Positions 22,721-33,600 of a DNA stretch of 38,818 nt are shown in pieces. The notes beneath the pieces were generated by a model. It was given only the letters and a program-made list of their open reading frames with translations, was not told where the DNA came from and did no database searches. The translations under genes and the position numbers were made by a program. The stretch covers positions 91,305,887 through 91,344,704 of the forward strand of contig NC_068990.1 in the NCBI RefSeq assembly GCF_001194135.2, written 5' to 3'. Position 1 is the first letter of the stretch, and every line of letters begins with the position of its first letter. This stretch comes from Octopus bimaculoides (Eukaryota).

Positions 22721-22836
22721 CTATAAAATCAAACATCTCTTGTCTACACACACACACCTGTTTGTTAATAAACTCCATGCTCCTCCTCACATCAGATTCA
22801 CTTATGCCCCGCAATTTTCCTTTCTTCTCCTTTCAG

Positions 22837-23084
22837 TGGTCTACACACACTCTCAAGACCAGATTAGCCCGGTGTTTATGGATCCTCCTCCAGCCTACGA
22901 CACAATAGCCTACGAACCGCATCCAAACATCGGCCTAATCGACCTAGGACGTTCCACCACGTCGGACACTATTCTCACCACTGTGGACATTCACCGTGAC
23001 GGCAGGGCTGTTATCTTGCAACCTCCCAAGTATTCCGATGTAGCCACCCCATTGCCTTCCTATGAATCAGTCACGGCAGAGTGA
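22837..23084 (+). CDS. Gene P terminal exon; cytoplasmic tail with PPAY, PPKY and LPSY motifs
   Basis: Acceptor ttttcctttcttctcctttcAG, phase 1; VVYTHSQ...DPPPAY...QPPKYSD...PLPSYESVTAE*; higher GC and CpG than flanks. Confidence 0.85.
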
Positions 23085-23164
23085 CATCGCAGCCTTCATA
23101 CGCCTCTCTTTTCCTTTTCCTTTTCTTTTCTTTTCATAAATTATTATCATTATCATTATTACAT

Positions 23165-23365
23165 GAGGTAACGAGCTGTCAGAATTGTTAGCACACAAGG
23201 CAGAATGCTTTGTGGTATACCTTTTGGCTTCGTGTTTCTGAGTTCAAATTCTGCCGAGGTCAACTTTGCCTGTCATCCTATTGGGAGGGTCGATAAAATA
23301 AACACCAGTTGAGCACTGGTGTTTATCTCATCGATTTACCTTCTCTCCCTAAATTTGCTGGCCTT
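23165..23365 (+). mobile_element. tRNA-derived SINE, family 4
   Basis: B-box GAGTTCAAATTC and core GGTCAACTTTGCC...GTCGATAAAAT; decayed copies near 140-385, 24920-25070, 26380-26485, 35580-35785, 37290-37390. Confidence 0.7.
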
Positions 23366-23733
23366 GTGCCAAAAATTAGAAAGCATTTTTTGTTTTTGTT
23401 TTTTTTTGTTTTTTTAACATTGCCACAATCAATACTGACACGCACAGGTTTCAGTGAAGTAAAAAAAAAAAAAAAACATACACAAAGGCAAAACATTAAC
23501 AAAACAAAAACAAACATTTTTTTTAAATTAAAATTTTATAATTTATTATAATTTATTAGCATCAGTATCAAATAACAACCACCGTCTCTTCGAAATTGCT
23601 GGCCTTGTGCCAAGACAATTTTGATACCATCATCATTATCATCATCATCCAAATCATCATCATCATCATCAAGATGTTCCATAACGGTTTCATGCCAGAT
23701 TCTACTTATTATTTTCTATTGTCCATTCCGCAG

Positions 23734-23802
23734 GAGTATTCTCGTCTAGACAAAACCATAGGAGAAGCTGCCATATTATTCACAGACTCACAACTAATCT
23801 AG
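23734..23802 (+). CDS. Candidate orphan or alternative terminal exon (EYSRLDKTIGEAAILFTDSQLI*)
   Basis: Good acceptor attttctattgtccattccgcAG and a short open frame; no donor partner securely identified. Confidence 0.25.
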   Translation, partial: EYSRLDKTIGEAAILFTDSQLI

Positions 23803-23987
23803 CAGGAAATGTCTTTTAGAACACAAACTCTATCCATTTTGTTCCCTTTCTTTCTATTTATTTTGATTGTTTTTTTTTTTTCCAAAGTACCGATCACATG
23901 TTGTATGATAGCATATGCATTGTAAATGTATATACATTATATATATATATATACACACACACATACATATATATATACATATATATA

Positions 23988-24021
<34 letters not shown>

Positions 24022-24065
24022 CACTTATATTTATACATATACACACACACACATATATATATTTC

Positions 24066-24393
24066 TGGGTTGAGTCCCACTGTGTGGCACCTTGGACAAG
24101 TGTCTTCTATTATAGCCTCGAGCCAACCAAAGCCCTGTGAGTGGATTTGGTGGACGGAAACTGAAAGAAGTCTGTCGTGTATATATATATGTATGTGTGT
24201 TTGTGTTTGTCCTCCCCACCATCACCTGACAACCGATGTTGGTGTGTTCACATCCCCATAACTTAACGGTTTGGCAAAAGAGACCGATAGTATAAGTATT
24301 AAGCTTACAAAGAATAAGTCCTGCAGTCGATTTGTTCCACTAAAAGCGGTGCTCCAGCATGGCTGCAGTCAAATGACCGACACAAATAAAAGA
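24066..24393 (+). mobile_element. tRNA-derived SINE, family 2 (5'-truncated)
   Basis: Homologous to 20282-20663. Confidence 0.8.
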
Positions 24394-25463
24394 ATGTATG
24401 TATGTGCAATGTCCTGATCATTGTGTCTTGTGATGGTCATATTAGGAGTTTCACATTAGGAGTATTTGTGTCTGAAGTGGACATGACCAGAGAAAATGCC
24501 CAGCCATTGAAGCTTGACATTATCATTAAAAGACAATGTCCTAATGACTGACATGTAAAACGATGACACCCCCTGAGGACATGTGTCTGAACAGTAATAT
24601 TTAAAATGGCCACCCTGAGATCATCCTTTGAGAATGAGTCAGAGCACTGATTCATGAAGTGGCCCTCCCTGGAAAATGCGTCTGAGCACTTGTGTTCGAA
24701 GTGGTCATCCCAAGAGCAATGACATTTAAAATGGCCTTCTCTATAGAATGTGTCTGGACACTAATGTTTGAAGTGGCCGACCCTGAAGGAATGGTGTTTG
24801 AAATGGTCACCCTGACATGCTGGACACCTTATACAGAAGTTGAAAGGTGCTTTTTATTTTCTCCCATTTTCTCTGTCAGCAGTTTGAATTATATTTTCAC
24901 CTAGAGCAGTAGAGCAGGGGACAAAATGCTTGAGTTCAAATTCAACCAAGGTTAACTTAGCCTTTCATACTTCTGGGATTCATAAAACAAAATACCAGTA
25001 ACGTACTGGGATCAATATTATTACCATGCCCTCCTTATCAAATTTGTGGCCTTGTATCTCTGCTGGAAATCAATGTTTTCACTTCTGATGAGAACAGTGA
25101 AGATAATCAATTCAATAGAACATCGAAGAACCTTGCCTAAGGAAAGAGTCCTGGCTGATAAAGGACTCCTTTTCTTTGTCATGACACGGCCACTGCCATC
25201 AGTATTTACTTATTTCTGAAATCTTGCCAATATGACCACCACAACTTTTCCTGTGCTTATATTAACAGTATTACACGGGACTGGACAAATTTGAGAATGT
25301 AGTTATATATTTCTTGCCTTGCTTCAGAAACACTTTTGAAATTAAAACTCTTTGGGTAAAACAAAGACGTTAAACAAACAAAAAAATCTGGAAATAATAT
25401 ATTTGTAAATCTCAGAGAGATTTATGCAGTAGAAGCACAATAAAGTGATAGTATGTTGTCAAC

Positions 25464-25557
25464 TTAATGTGACAGTCCCATAAAAGGGAAGGATGTTACT
25501 GTTTTTTAGGGCTAAATAACAGTAGCATTCTTCCCTTTCATGGGACTGTCACATTAA
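25464..25557. repeat. 94-nt near-perfect palindrome (tiny MITE-like)
   Basis: 46-bp arms with 4 mismatches, TTAATGTGACAGTCCC...GGGACTGTCACATTAA. Confidence 0.9.
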
Positions 25558-25655
25558 AAAAAAATCTGGGTTTCAAATTTATTGGATCTTCTTCAGCTTC
25601 ACTGTAGGTAGAACAAGAAATCTCTATCAGTCAGACGTGTGTGTTTGTGTCTGTG

Positions 25656-25700
<45 letters not shown>

Positions 25701-25754
25701 TTTGTTTTGGGATTTGGTTTGGAAGATTCTTTATGTGAGTTCGTGTGTTGAAGC

Positions 25755-26026
25755 ATGTTTTGTTGTATCTGGGGAGAGTCATTCTCTTTTAGAGCCTTAT
25801 AATTTAACACACACACCGGTAAAGTTTCCACTCATTTACTTATTTATTTTTCCTAAAATTTTCATTGTGTTTTGCAACCTTTCCAAAATGACTATTGAAA
25901 AGGTTGCAAGACACAATGAAAATTTGCAGAAAAATAAATAAGTAAATGAGTGGAAACTGAACCGGTGTGTGTGTTAAATTATAAGGCTCTAAAATAGAAT
26001 GACTCTGCCCAAACACAACAAAATAT
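25755..26026. repeat. About 270-nt foldback
   Basis: Arms of about 130 bp around an 8-nt loop at 25887-25894. Confidence 0.9.
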
Positions 26027-26122
26027 ATTAAACAAAAGTTAGCTAAGAGAAGTAACTCTGAGTGGCTTGTGGCATGTATTTGAACAACAAAGACAAATAA
26101 GGGTATACATTATATTCCATAC

Positions 26123-26213
26123 AAGATATATTTTTGATTTTTGATTTTTGATTTTTGAAATTATCTCTGTCTCCAGAGAAGATAGAAGAAATGCTTGGAG
26201 ATACTTGGGGGCC
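26123..26213 (-). CDS. Candidate gene A exon (APKYLQAFLLSSLETEIISKIKNQKSKIYL), phase 2 to 0
   Basis: Strong acceptor ttatctccctttttcatttcacgtAG, donor GTATGG; phase 0 joins 22720. A second frame is also open. Confidence 0.5.
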
Positions 26214-26499
26214 CTACGTGAAATGAAAAAGGGAGATAATATCAGGAATTAAGAATTCTCCAAAATTGACATGTCATTAAGAAAAATGTTTGATTGTCTA
26301 GATAGCAGCTGTTGGCGCATGTTTCTGCCTCTATAGGTATCATCAGCACAGCGTATGTATGTATGTATGTGTATCCTAAGAGACTTAGGATCGATAAATT
26401 AAGTACCAGTTGAGTACTGGGGTCGATGTGATCAACTTTCCCCCTCCCCACAAAATCCAAGCTGCGTGCCTATGATAGAAAGGGTTATTTATTTGTAAA

Positions 26500-26600
26500 C
26501 CTTGTCTGCCGGGCATGCTATGTCTCTGATCCAGCATCGTTTGTTTTCTTTCTCAATTAAGACTATGTCTGGCTTCAAACACTACTGTCACCTTTACGTT
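26500..26600 (-). mobile_element. Fragment of the restriction-like endonuclease domain of an RLE-type non-LTR retrotransposon (R2/R4/NeSL group)
   Basis: Translates to LKPDIVLIEKENKRCWIRDIACPADK, matching the PD..D RLE signature. Confidence 0.7.
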
Positions 26601-27591
26601 TTTTAGTCATCTGAAGTACCAGTTATGAACTGGGGTTGGTCCTTGTTGGTCAAGTTAGAAACTGTCATTGTCCTTGTCATCATTGTCATTCGTTTTACTA
26701 TTTTCTACTCTAGGCGGGCATTTCTTTCTTTCACCTCTTCCTCCACCTTTTTTGATTGCAGCTGGAACCCACATACAACAGACAATCATTTGAGATCCCT
26801 TCCATTCTGAGTGTGTGTATATGTGTAAGGCACATAGTATAGTGCAAGGGGTTAGGGGCACAGGACTGAAAACATGTGATTGTATAAATTATTTGTAATA
26901 ATAATAATAATAATAATAATAATTATAATAATTTCATTTATTTGCCATCAGGGCAAATGATAAGGAGGACAGTACAAAGACAGACATAAAGTGTGTGTGG
27001 GGGGGTAATGATAATAAAACATATACGGAAGGGTGGTGAGGTGCTAAATTATTTTGTTAGGGCTCCTTATGGTCTCAGTTCTAATCCTACTAATGCTGAC
27101 TTTGCTTTAAATGGAGGTGCCCCAGCATGGCCACATTCCATTGGCTGGAAGTGGTGAAACAATATATACATGTCATGACTGATGATGTGTTTGGCAAGAT
27201 GGAAATCTGGTTAATAATCTTTTCCCTGTATTAACACTAATATTGATCTGTGTGTGTGTGTGTGGATATAAGTGCAGATTGAAACGGGAGAGTTTAAGTA
27301 TTTTCATTACAACATCTTACGTGTAGTTATGTAACCTTACATGTGTTTCACTTGTGAATCTTCCATGCATTATGTAATAATTGTTATGTAAATGAATGCG
27401 TAATAGAAGTTGGAATGCCAGATCTTCAGAGGAATGTAATTCAATTCTGTATTATATATCAACATAAGTTGGTGAAGACATGTGAGATAAACTAATGAAA
27501 GCAGCCAACAATTAACTACTAACCAGTCTGAGAGCTAATGAAGAAAGAGCTGTTGGCTGCAGCTTTATTCCCATGATCCTTTGCTGCTTAC

Positions 27592-27665
27592 GTTCAAATA
27601 TGGACATAACATGCAGCTGTCATCAGTTCTTTTATAAATGAGGCCAACATGTGTTAGGAATGTTA
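27592..27665 (-). CDS. Candidate gene A exon (TFLTHVGLIYKRTDDSCMLCPYLN), phase 1 to 0
   Basis: Acceptor tttaatttggcacAG, strong donor GTAAGC; only one open frame. Link to the next exon unresolved. Confidence 0.55.
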
Positions 27666-27744
27666 CTGTGCCAAATTAAACATTAGGACAAATACAGAAA
27701 CAGGAAGAATCTTTAATTAAAAAGAATTAATCTTCAGCATAACC

Positions 27745-28000
27745 ATATCTTTAGTAGATTTTACCAGCAGATAAAATTTCATCAACACCAGCAGAACTTT
27801 GGCATAATTTTCACATCACCATGGTGACAGACACCCAATCACTGAATGTTTAACCAAAGCCTCAATTTGATGAGAATTTTGTTTGGCTTTTGGTGAATGG
27901 TTGTTGATGAGGTGAAAATTGCACCAACCGAAATCAGGTGATACGAGTCTGATCTGCTGGTGCTGACGAAATATCATCTGCTGATATAATACTATGATAT
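27745..28000. repeat. Degenerate foldback element
   Basis: Outer arms of about 50 bp (27745-27795 / 27953-28000) plus inner arms AATTTTCACATCA / TGATGAGGTGAAAATT. Confidence 0.7.
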
Positions 28001-28412
28001 TTAGTAAGTCTATACAAGATGCTTTCTCAGGATGAATATTACAGTTTATGGCATCTGAAACAACACTTGAGTTAATACCACGAAAATCAACTTAAAAATG
28101 ACTTAACAGATCCTACTATCAGGTGGTGCTATTAACTTAAACATGGGACAATTTTTGGCTGAAAGTGTCTAAGCAAATTGTGTGTGTGTGTGTGTGTCAT
28201 GACATTGCTTTGGCATAGTGATACTAATAACCAGTTGTTAGAGCTTAAACTACTAACACTAAAGCATGAGGAGAATACAGAATATAATGTTAATTAATCA
28301 ATGACAACAGAACAGGAGTTACTTAATCAATTTCATTAGCTTTAATTGCATATTTCCTGTTTTTTTTCTTTTACATTAATTGATACACACACACACTTAT
28401 ATATATATATAC

Positions 28413-28599
28413 AAAGAATGAGATAAAGAGACCAATGGCATAAATAAATTTATATTTTATGTAGAATGTCTTTCAAGGAAAATTCGATGTATCCTTTCAT
28501 TGGAGATGGTAGACATTGAATTTTCCCTGAAACAGCTGTAAGACATTCTACATAAAATATAAATTTATTTATGCCATTGGTCTCTTTATCTCATTCTTT
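28413..28599. repeat. 187-nt foldback with 60-bp perfect outer arms
   Basis: 28413-28472 is the exact reverse complement of 28540-28599; inner 18-bp arms, with palindromic ACAGCTGT extra on one side. Confidence 0.9.
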
Positions 28600-28753
28600 T
28601 TATATATACACACACTAATACACAACCCATGTTAAATTCCCCATTCATGTTACAACCACCTTTGGGGCAAAACTTGTCGGTATACAGCACTTACTCAGTA
28701 TTACCTGTAACATTTGGGTCTGGTTGACTCCATTACCCTTCATAACTTATTTA

Positions 28754-28900
28754 TTCATCAGGTGTCTTGGGGAAATTTCAAACCTGGGTTCTCATTCCTA
28801 AGGTATTTTTCAATGTTATTATTATTAGTATTATTATTATTATTCAGGTCACTGCTTGGAATCAAACTCGGAATCTTGGGGTTAGTAGCCCGCACTCCAC
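28754..28900 (-). mobile_element. 3'-truncated copy of the same element
   Basis: Head and body match the 28990 copy; stops just after GACACCTGATGAA. Confidence 0.75.
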
Positions 28901-28989
28901 CATATGCCTGTGGGCTAGTTTTTGATGGAGTTTCTCTATATGTCTCCATTGAAGTCTAATGTCAGCTCCGTACCGATTAGATAATAGAC

Positions 28990-29311
28990 TTCTATATTTT
29001 AAGAGATGAGGAATTATGTACATTATTTACATTTGACGGATATTTGTCCTCATCTTGTTTGTTATTAACACAACATTTCAGCTGATACACCCTCCAGCCT
29101 TCATCAGGTGTCTTGGGGAAATTTCAAACCTGGGTTCTCGTTCCTAAGGTATTTTTCGATGTTATTATTATCATTATTCAGGTCACTGCCTGGAATCGAA
29201 CTCAAAATCTTGGGGTTAGTAGCCCGCGCTCTTAACCACTACACTACATATATCCATCAAATGTAAATAATATAAATAATGTACGTAATTCCTCATCTCT
29301 TAAATATAGAA
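28990..29311 (-). mobile_element. Near-full tRNA-head/hammerhead element with an inverted copy of its 3' tail at the 5' end
   Basis: Read on minus: inverted tail 29248-29311, tRNA-like head 29181-29247 (TAGTGGTTAAG...GAGTTCGATTCC), short (AAT)n, body, decayed hammerhead 29067-29112, tail to 28990. Confidence 0.8.
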
Positions 29312-29517
29312 CTGTATGTAATTTTTAGTTATTCAAAATATTTGGAAGCTTGTCACATTACGTATATTAGCCTCTAATTAACTATATCTTATTTGTAGTT
29401 GATTGTCCAATCTCTTGATAATAGTTGTTAGTTCAATATCTTGTTCTATTAACCATTTTATTACTTCAATGTCTAAATTCTTCAGTTAAATGCGATACAT
29501 TCAGATAAATGTAGTTT

Positions 29518-29565
<48 letters not shown>

Positions 29566-30010
29566 AAATATAGGACGGTGATGATAAAGTATAAGCATTG
29601 TTATATTAAAATAAACTATTCTTATAAAATAATATTCTTGTAATAAAATATGGTATTGTTATATAGAATCTATATGAAACAATATTCTTATAATAAAATA
29701 TATCATTGTTATAATAAAATGCATTATTGCTGATGAAACAGTATTGTTATGGTAAATATATATAGCAGTGTTATAACTACACAAAACAATATTCTTATAA
29801 TATATATATATATAATATTAGTTATGATGAAATATATAGAACAATGTTATGGAACAGTTTGATGAAATTGTCTGTGCATTACAATGAATTTGAAAATCAA
29901 TATTAATGTCTAAGAAATTGAATGGTTAACCTATCAAAAATGTAAGAATAAGCCAACAGGTATTCTATATGTGTGAAAACAGAATCAAAGCTGGAAAATT
30001 ATCAATTTAC

Positions 30011-30093
30011 CTCTCTCCGTCCTTCAAATTCATTGGCAAGAGACAGAATCTCATATTATATGTTTGTGTAAGATGTGGAATGACTGAAAGCCA
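30011..30093 (-). CDS. Probable exon (WLSVIPHLTQTYNMRFCLLPMNLKDGE), phase 0 to 2; gene A or a separate gene
   Basis: Acceptor ttgtaatttggtgtAG, donor GTAAAT; a 72-nt intron joins it in phase to 30166-30287. Confidence 0.6.
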
Positions 30094-30165
30094 CTACACC
30101 AAATTACAATATATAGAAATAAGCCCAGCATGCTTGCCCTGTAAGAGATAGCAATGAAACCTCAC

Positions 30166-30287
30166 CTTAACACCTACTGGTATGATATAAGAGGCATTAG
30201 ACAACATAGAGTGGAGTACATTATGCTGAGGCAGGATTAACAAAGCTGGAACACTTTTGATCATAGTTCTGCCTGGTGAGGAAAAGC
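30166..30287 (-). CDS. Probable exon ((G)FSSPGRTMIKSVPALLILPQHNVLHSMLSNASYIIPVGVK), phase 1 to 0
   Basis: Acceptor gttattgtttagccccAG, donor AAG/GTGAGG; lies within supplied ORF 30094..30309. Confidence 0.6.
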
Positions 30288-30882
30288 CTGGGGCTAAACA
30301 ATAACACACCTAGCATTAGGTGATTGGTTACATTATCAATTAGTGACTCGCAAGTCAAATATCAATCAATGACCTTTGGTTATAATTAATTTATGTATTA
30401 TTTATTTACTTGGAGAAATTTTTCCAATACAAGACATGAATTCCCACCAAAATATCCTCCATTGTAGTAAAGAACTTTACTTTTAAAAGACTTTACATTT
30501 TATGAATGACTTCTATGTTTATACTGTTGCTATGGAAGCAGTTGTCATGTGACCACTGCTACCGTTTCCATTGTATCCAATGTCATGACATAGAAATAAG
30601 CCCCTTATCTCTCCCTTTCTCAGTTTTTCTATCTAGCAACACACACACACACACACACACATGCATACATATATATATGCGTACATGTGGGATTTCTTGA
30701 ACCACTGCTTTTAATTTCTGGGTAAGATGTGTCATTTTAAGCAAGACATTCCATTATTTCATTTCAAGTCTTCATAATTTGATGAATTTAACATTCCGTC
30801 ATAAATTGTGTGAATTTGTGTGTGTGCATATATATATGTATATATATATAGATATGTATATATATAGATATGTATATACTTC

Positions 30883-31224
30883 GGCACTCCGTTGGTTACG
30901 ATGATGAGAGTTCCATTTGATCCAATCAACGGAACAACCTGCTCGTGAAATTAACATGCAAGTGGCTGAGCACTCCACAAACACGTGTACCCTTAACGTA
31001 TTGAGCATGACAAGGCGGGCCCCTTTGAAATACAGGTACAACAGAAACAGGAAGAAAGGGTGAGAGAAAGTTGTGGTGAAAGAGTACAGCAGGGTTTGCC
31101 ACTCACCCTCCCTGCCGGAGCCTCGTGGAGCTTTAGGTGTTTTTGCTCAATAAACACTCAACGCCCGGTCTGGGAATTGAAACCACGAGTCCGCTGCCCT
31201 AGCCACTGGGCCATTGCGCCTCCA
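30883..31224 (-). mobile_element. tRNA-derived SINE, family 3
   Basis: Reverse-complement homologue of 9752-10099. Confidence 0.8.
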
Positions 31225-32321
31225 CTATCATCATCATCATCATCATCGTTTAACGTCCGCTTTCCATGCTAGCATGGGTTGGACGATTTGACTGAGGACT
31301 GGTGAAACCGGATGGCAACACCAGGCTCCAGTCTGATTTGGCAGAGTTTCTACAGCTGGATGCCCTTCCTAACGCCAACCACATATATATATATTTATAC
31401 ATCGTATGTATATATGTATGTGTATATATACATACACATATAGCATTCTTCTATAACTAACTTATTCACTCAATGTCTGATATACACATGTATGTATGTA
31501 TACATATCTATATATATGTATAATTATATATATATATAATGTTTTATTTATTCATGATTTTCATTACCTCATCTACTTGCTGTTCATTCACATGCTTCAT
31601 TCATAACAAACAGAAAGTCCATTCAGGTGTGGTGGTCATATATGTTCCTTCTTCAAATGGCTGCAACCAAGACCCTTTACACAATACCGCACCAGCAATT
31701 CAGGTGACACATGGACTTGTCTAAACAAGGATTGCTTCTTACTTGAACCCATCGTCCCTTGCACACACCTGCTCTCTCAACCACATCCCATCACTCCTTT
31801 CAGACTCACCACTGCAAACTGACAAAAATCACACTTTTTACTTTACACTGTGCCATCCTGCAACCCCCCGCTTACAGCAGTAAACTCTACCTTCACAAGG
31901 CTGCTTTTGACAGCTTGTTGGACTATAACCAGTAAGAGTAACCTCCCTTGGTTATGAAACCTAGCACTGTACCAGGTGGATTTTAAACTGACCACCGACT
32001 TATTTGCTTTGTTAATCCAACAGCATTTTTAGCCAGTTGTCAAGCCACAATTACTTCTCGGTCATTTGAATATTTCTACGTTTTTCATTCTTTTTTATTT
32101 GTGTGTGTGTGTGTGTGTGTGTGTTTTATTAACCCATTCATTGTGCAGTGTTTTTTTGCCTTTCATTTGTGTATTTCTTTTGTTTATGTATGCGTGTGTC
32201 TATCTATCCATCTGTCTATATATATATAATTATATTTGTGTATATATATATATATTGCTCCCAGACCTGTTTTCTTTTGTACCTTGTTTAATGCCAAAGA
32301 TTACTTAATTTCCACAAATAC

Positions 32322-32358
32322 CTCTTGGATCCTTCAATAACTTGTCTATATTGAATCT
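32322..32358 (-). CDS. Candidate exon (RFNIDKLLKDPR), phase 0 to 1
   Basis: AG/GTATTT boundaries; phase 1 would join 30287 to give DPRGFSSPGR. Short, could be chance. Confidence 0.35.
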
Positions 32359-32669
32359 CTGGTTATCAGTTAAATGTGTATGTATAAATGTTCATGTGTG
32401 TGTTCATACATATATATATTTATATATATATATATAGAAATGTATGTGTATTTTTCAGTGTTTACAAATAACACGGAAAAAAATAAATAAATAGTTACCG
32501 GGGTAGCCAAAATTCACACAAGTACCAAGGATGTAATAGCCTACTTATAAAGGTAGAAATTCCAGGTTTTGGTGAAATTTTTTTGTATTACATAGATAAA
32601 TAAATAGAGTTAAACACAAGTATTATTCAAAGATTTCAATAACACCTGCATTTAACTCAATTTATATAT

Positions 32670-32900
32670 CATCATCATCATCATCATCGTTTAACGTCCG
32701 CTTTCCATGCTAGCATGGGTTGGACGATTTGACTGAGGACTGGTGAAACCGGATGGCAACACCAGGCTCCAATCTAACTTTGGCAGAGTTTCTACAGCTG
32801 GATGCCCTTCCTAACGCCAACCACTCAGAGAGTGTAGTAGGTGCTTTTACGTGTCACCTGCACGAAGGCCAGTCAGGCGATACTGGCAACGGCCATGCTG
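32670..32900 (-). mobile_element. (GAT)n-tailed retroposon, family 1
   Basis: Well-conserved reverse-complement copy of 19100-19351. Confidence 0.8.
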
Positions 32901-33512
32901 TGTTGTTGGTAAGACTAATTTTTTAAGCTATTAACTTCATCTTTATAGACAAAACATTTAAAAAAAAACTATTTATATCAATCTAGACTTATTTTGATAA
33001 GTTTGATCACCATTCAACATTGAGTGTCTATGGATAAGAGCATTGTTATCTTTAGTTTAGAAATAAAGTTTCTAGTTCAAATCCAGTCTGGTACTTTGTA
33101 CATATCCAGGAATAAGACACTTGATGACAATCAGCAGTCAAAGCAGTGTAAACATGATATAAATGTAAATATTAAAAATAAAGAAGAAGAAAAAAATCTT
33201 CACCACTAAGAATAAGGTTAAGAGTTAAAAAATTTATTATCTTATTTTAAGAATCTATGTTTATTCATTTATATACTAATTACATCATAATTATCTGTTG
33301 CAGTTTTCCTTGATTTTGATTTTGTTTTGAGCTTGGGGGGTGGGGCATTTTTTCATTTTATTTTTCATTTTTTTTCTAGATGCCATTCTTGAATAATTTC
33401 ACATAAAAACAACAGCAAAATTGTTTTAAAAATTCATTGACAATATAGCAAAAAAAAGAGAAAAAAAACAATATATATATACATATATATATATATATGA
33501 TAATTAATATAT

Positions 33513-33552
<40 letters not shown>

Positions 33553-33562
33553 NNNNNNNNNN

Positions 33563-33600
<38 letters not shown>

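Noticed and set aside
22758-22830. Minus-strand frame KEKKGKLRGISESDVRRSMEFINKQ with a GTGTGT donor
   Set aside because: The implied intron to 22720 is under 40 nt, the acceptor is weak, and the purine run is the antisense of the gene P acceptor tract.
25085-25130. Other CTGATGA heptamers (about 3205, 25085, 29731, 37713)
   Set aside because: No stem II followed by GAAA and no stem I complement; not hammerheads.
27524-27534. 11-nt microexon (LSDW) that would link exons 27592 and 26213
   Set aside because: Needs a 57-nt intron and was found only by seeking a phase fix.
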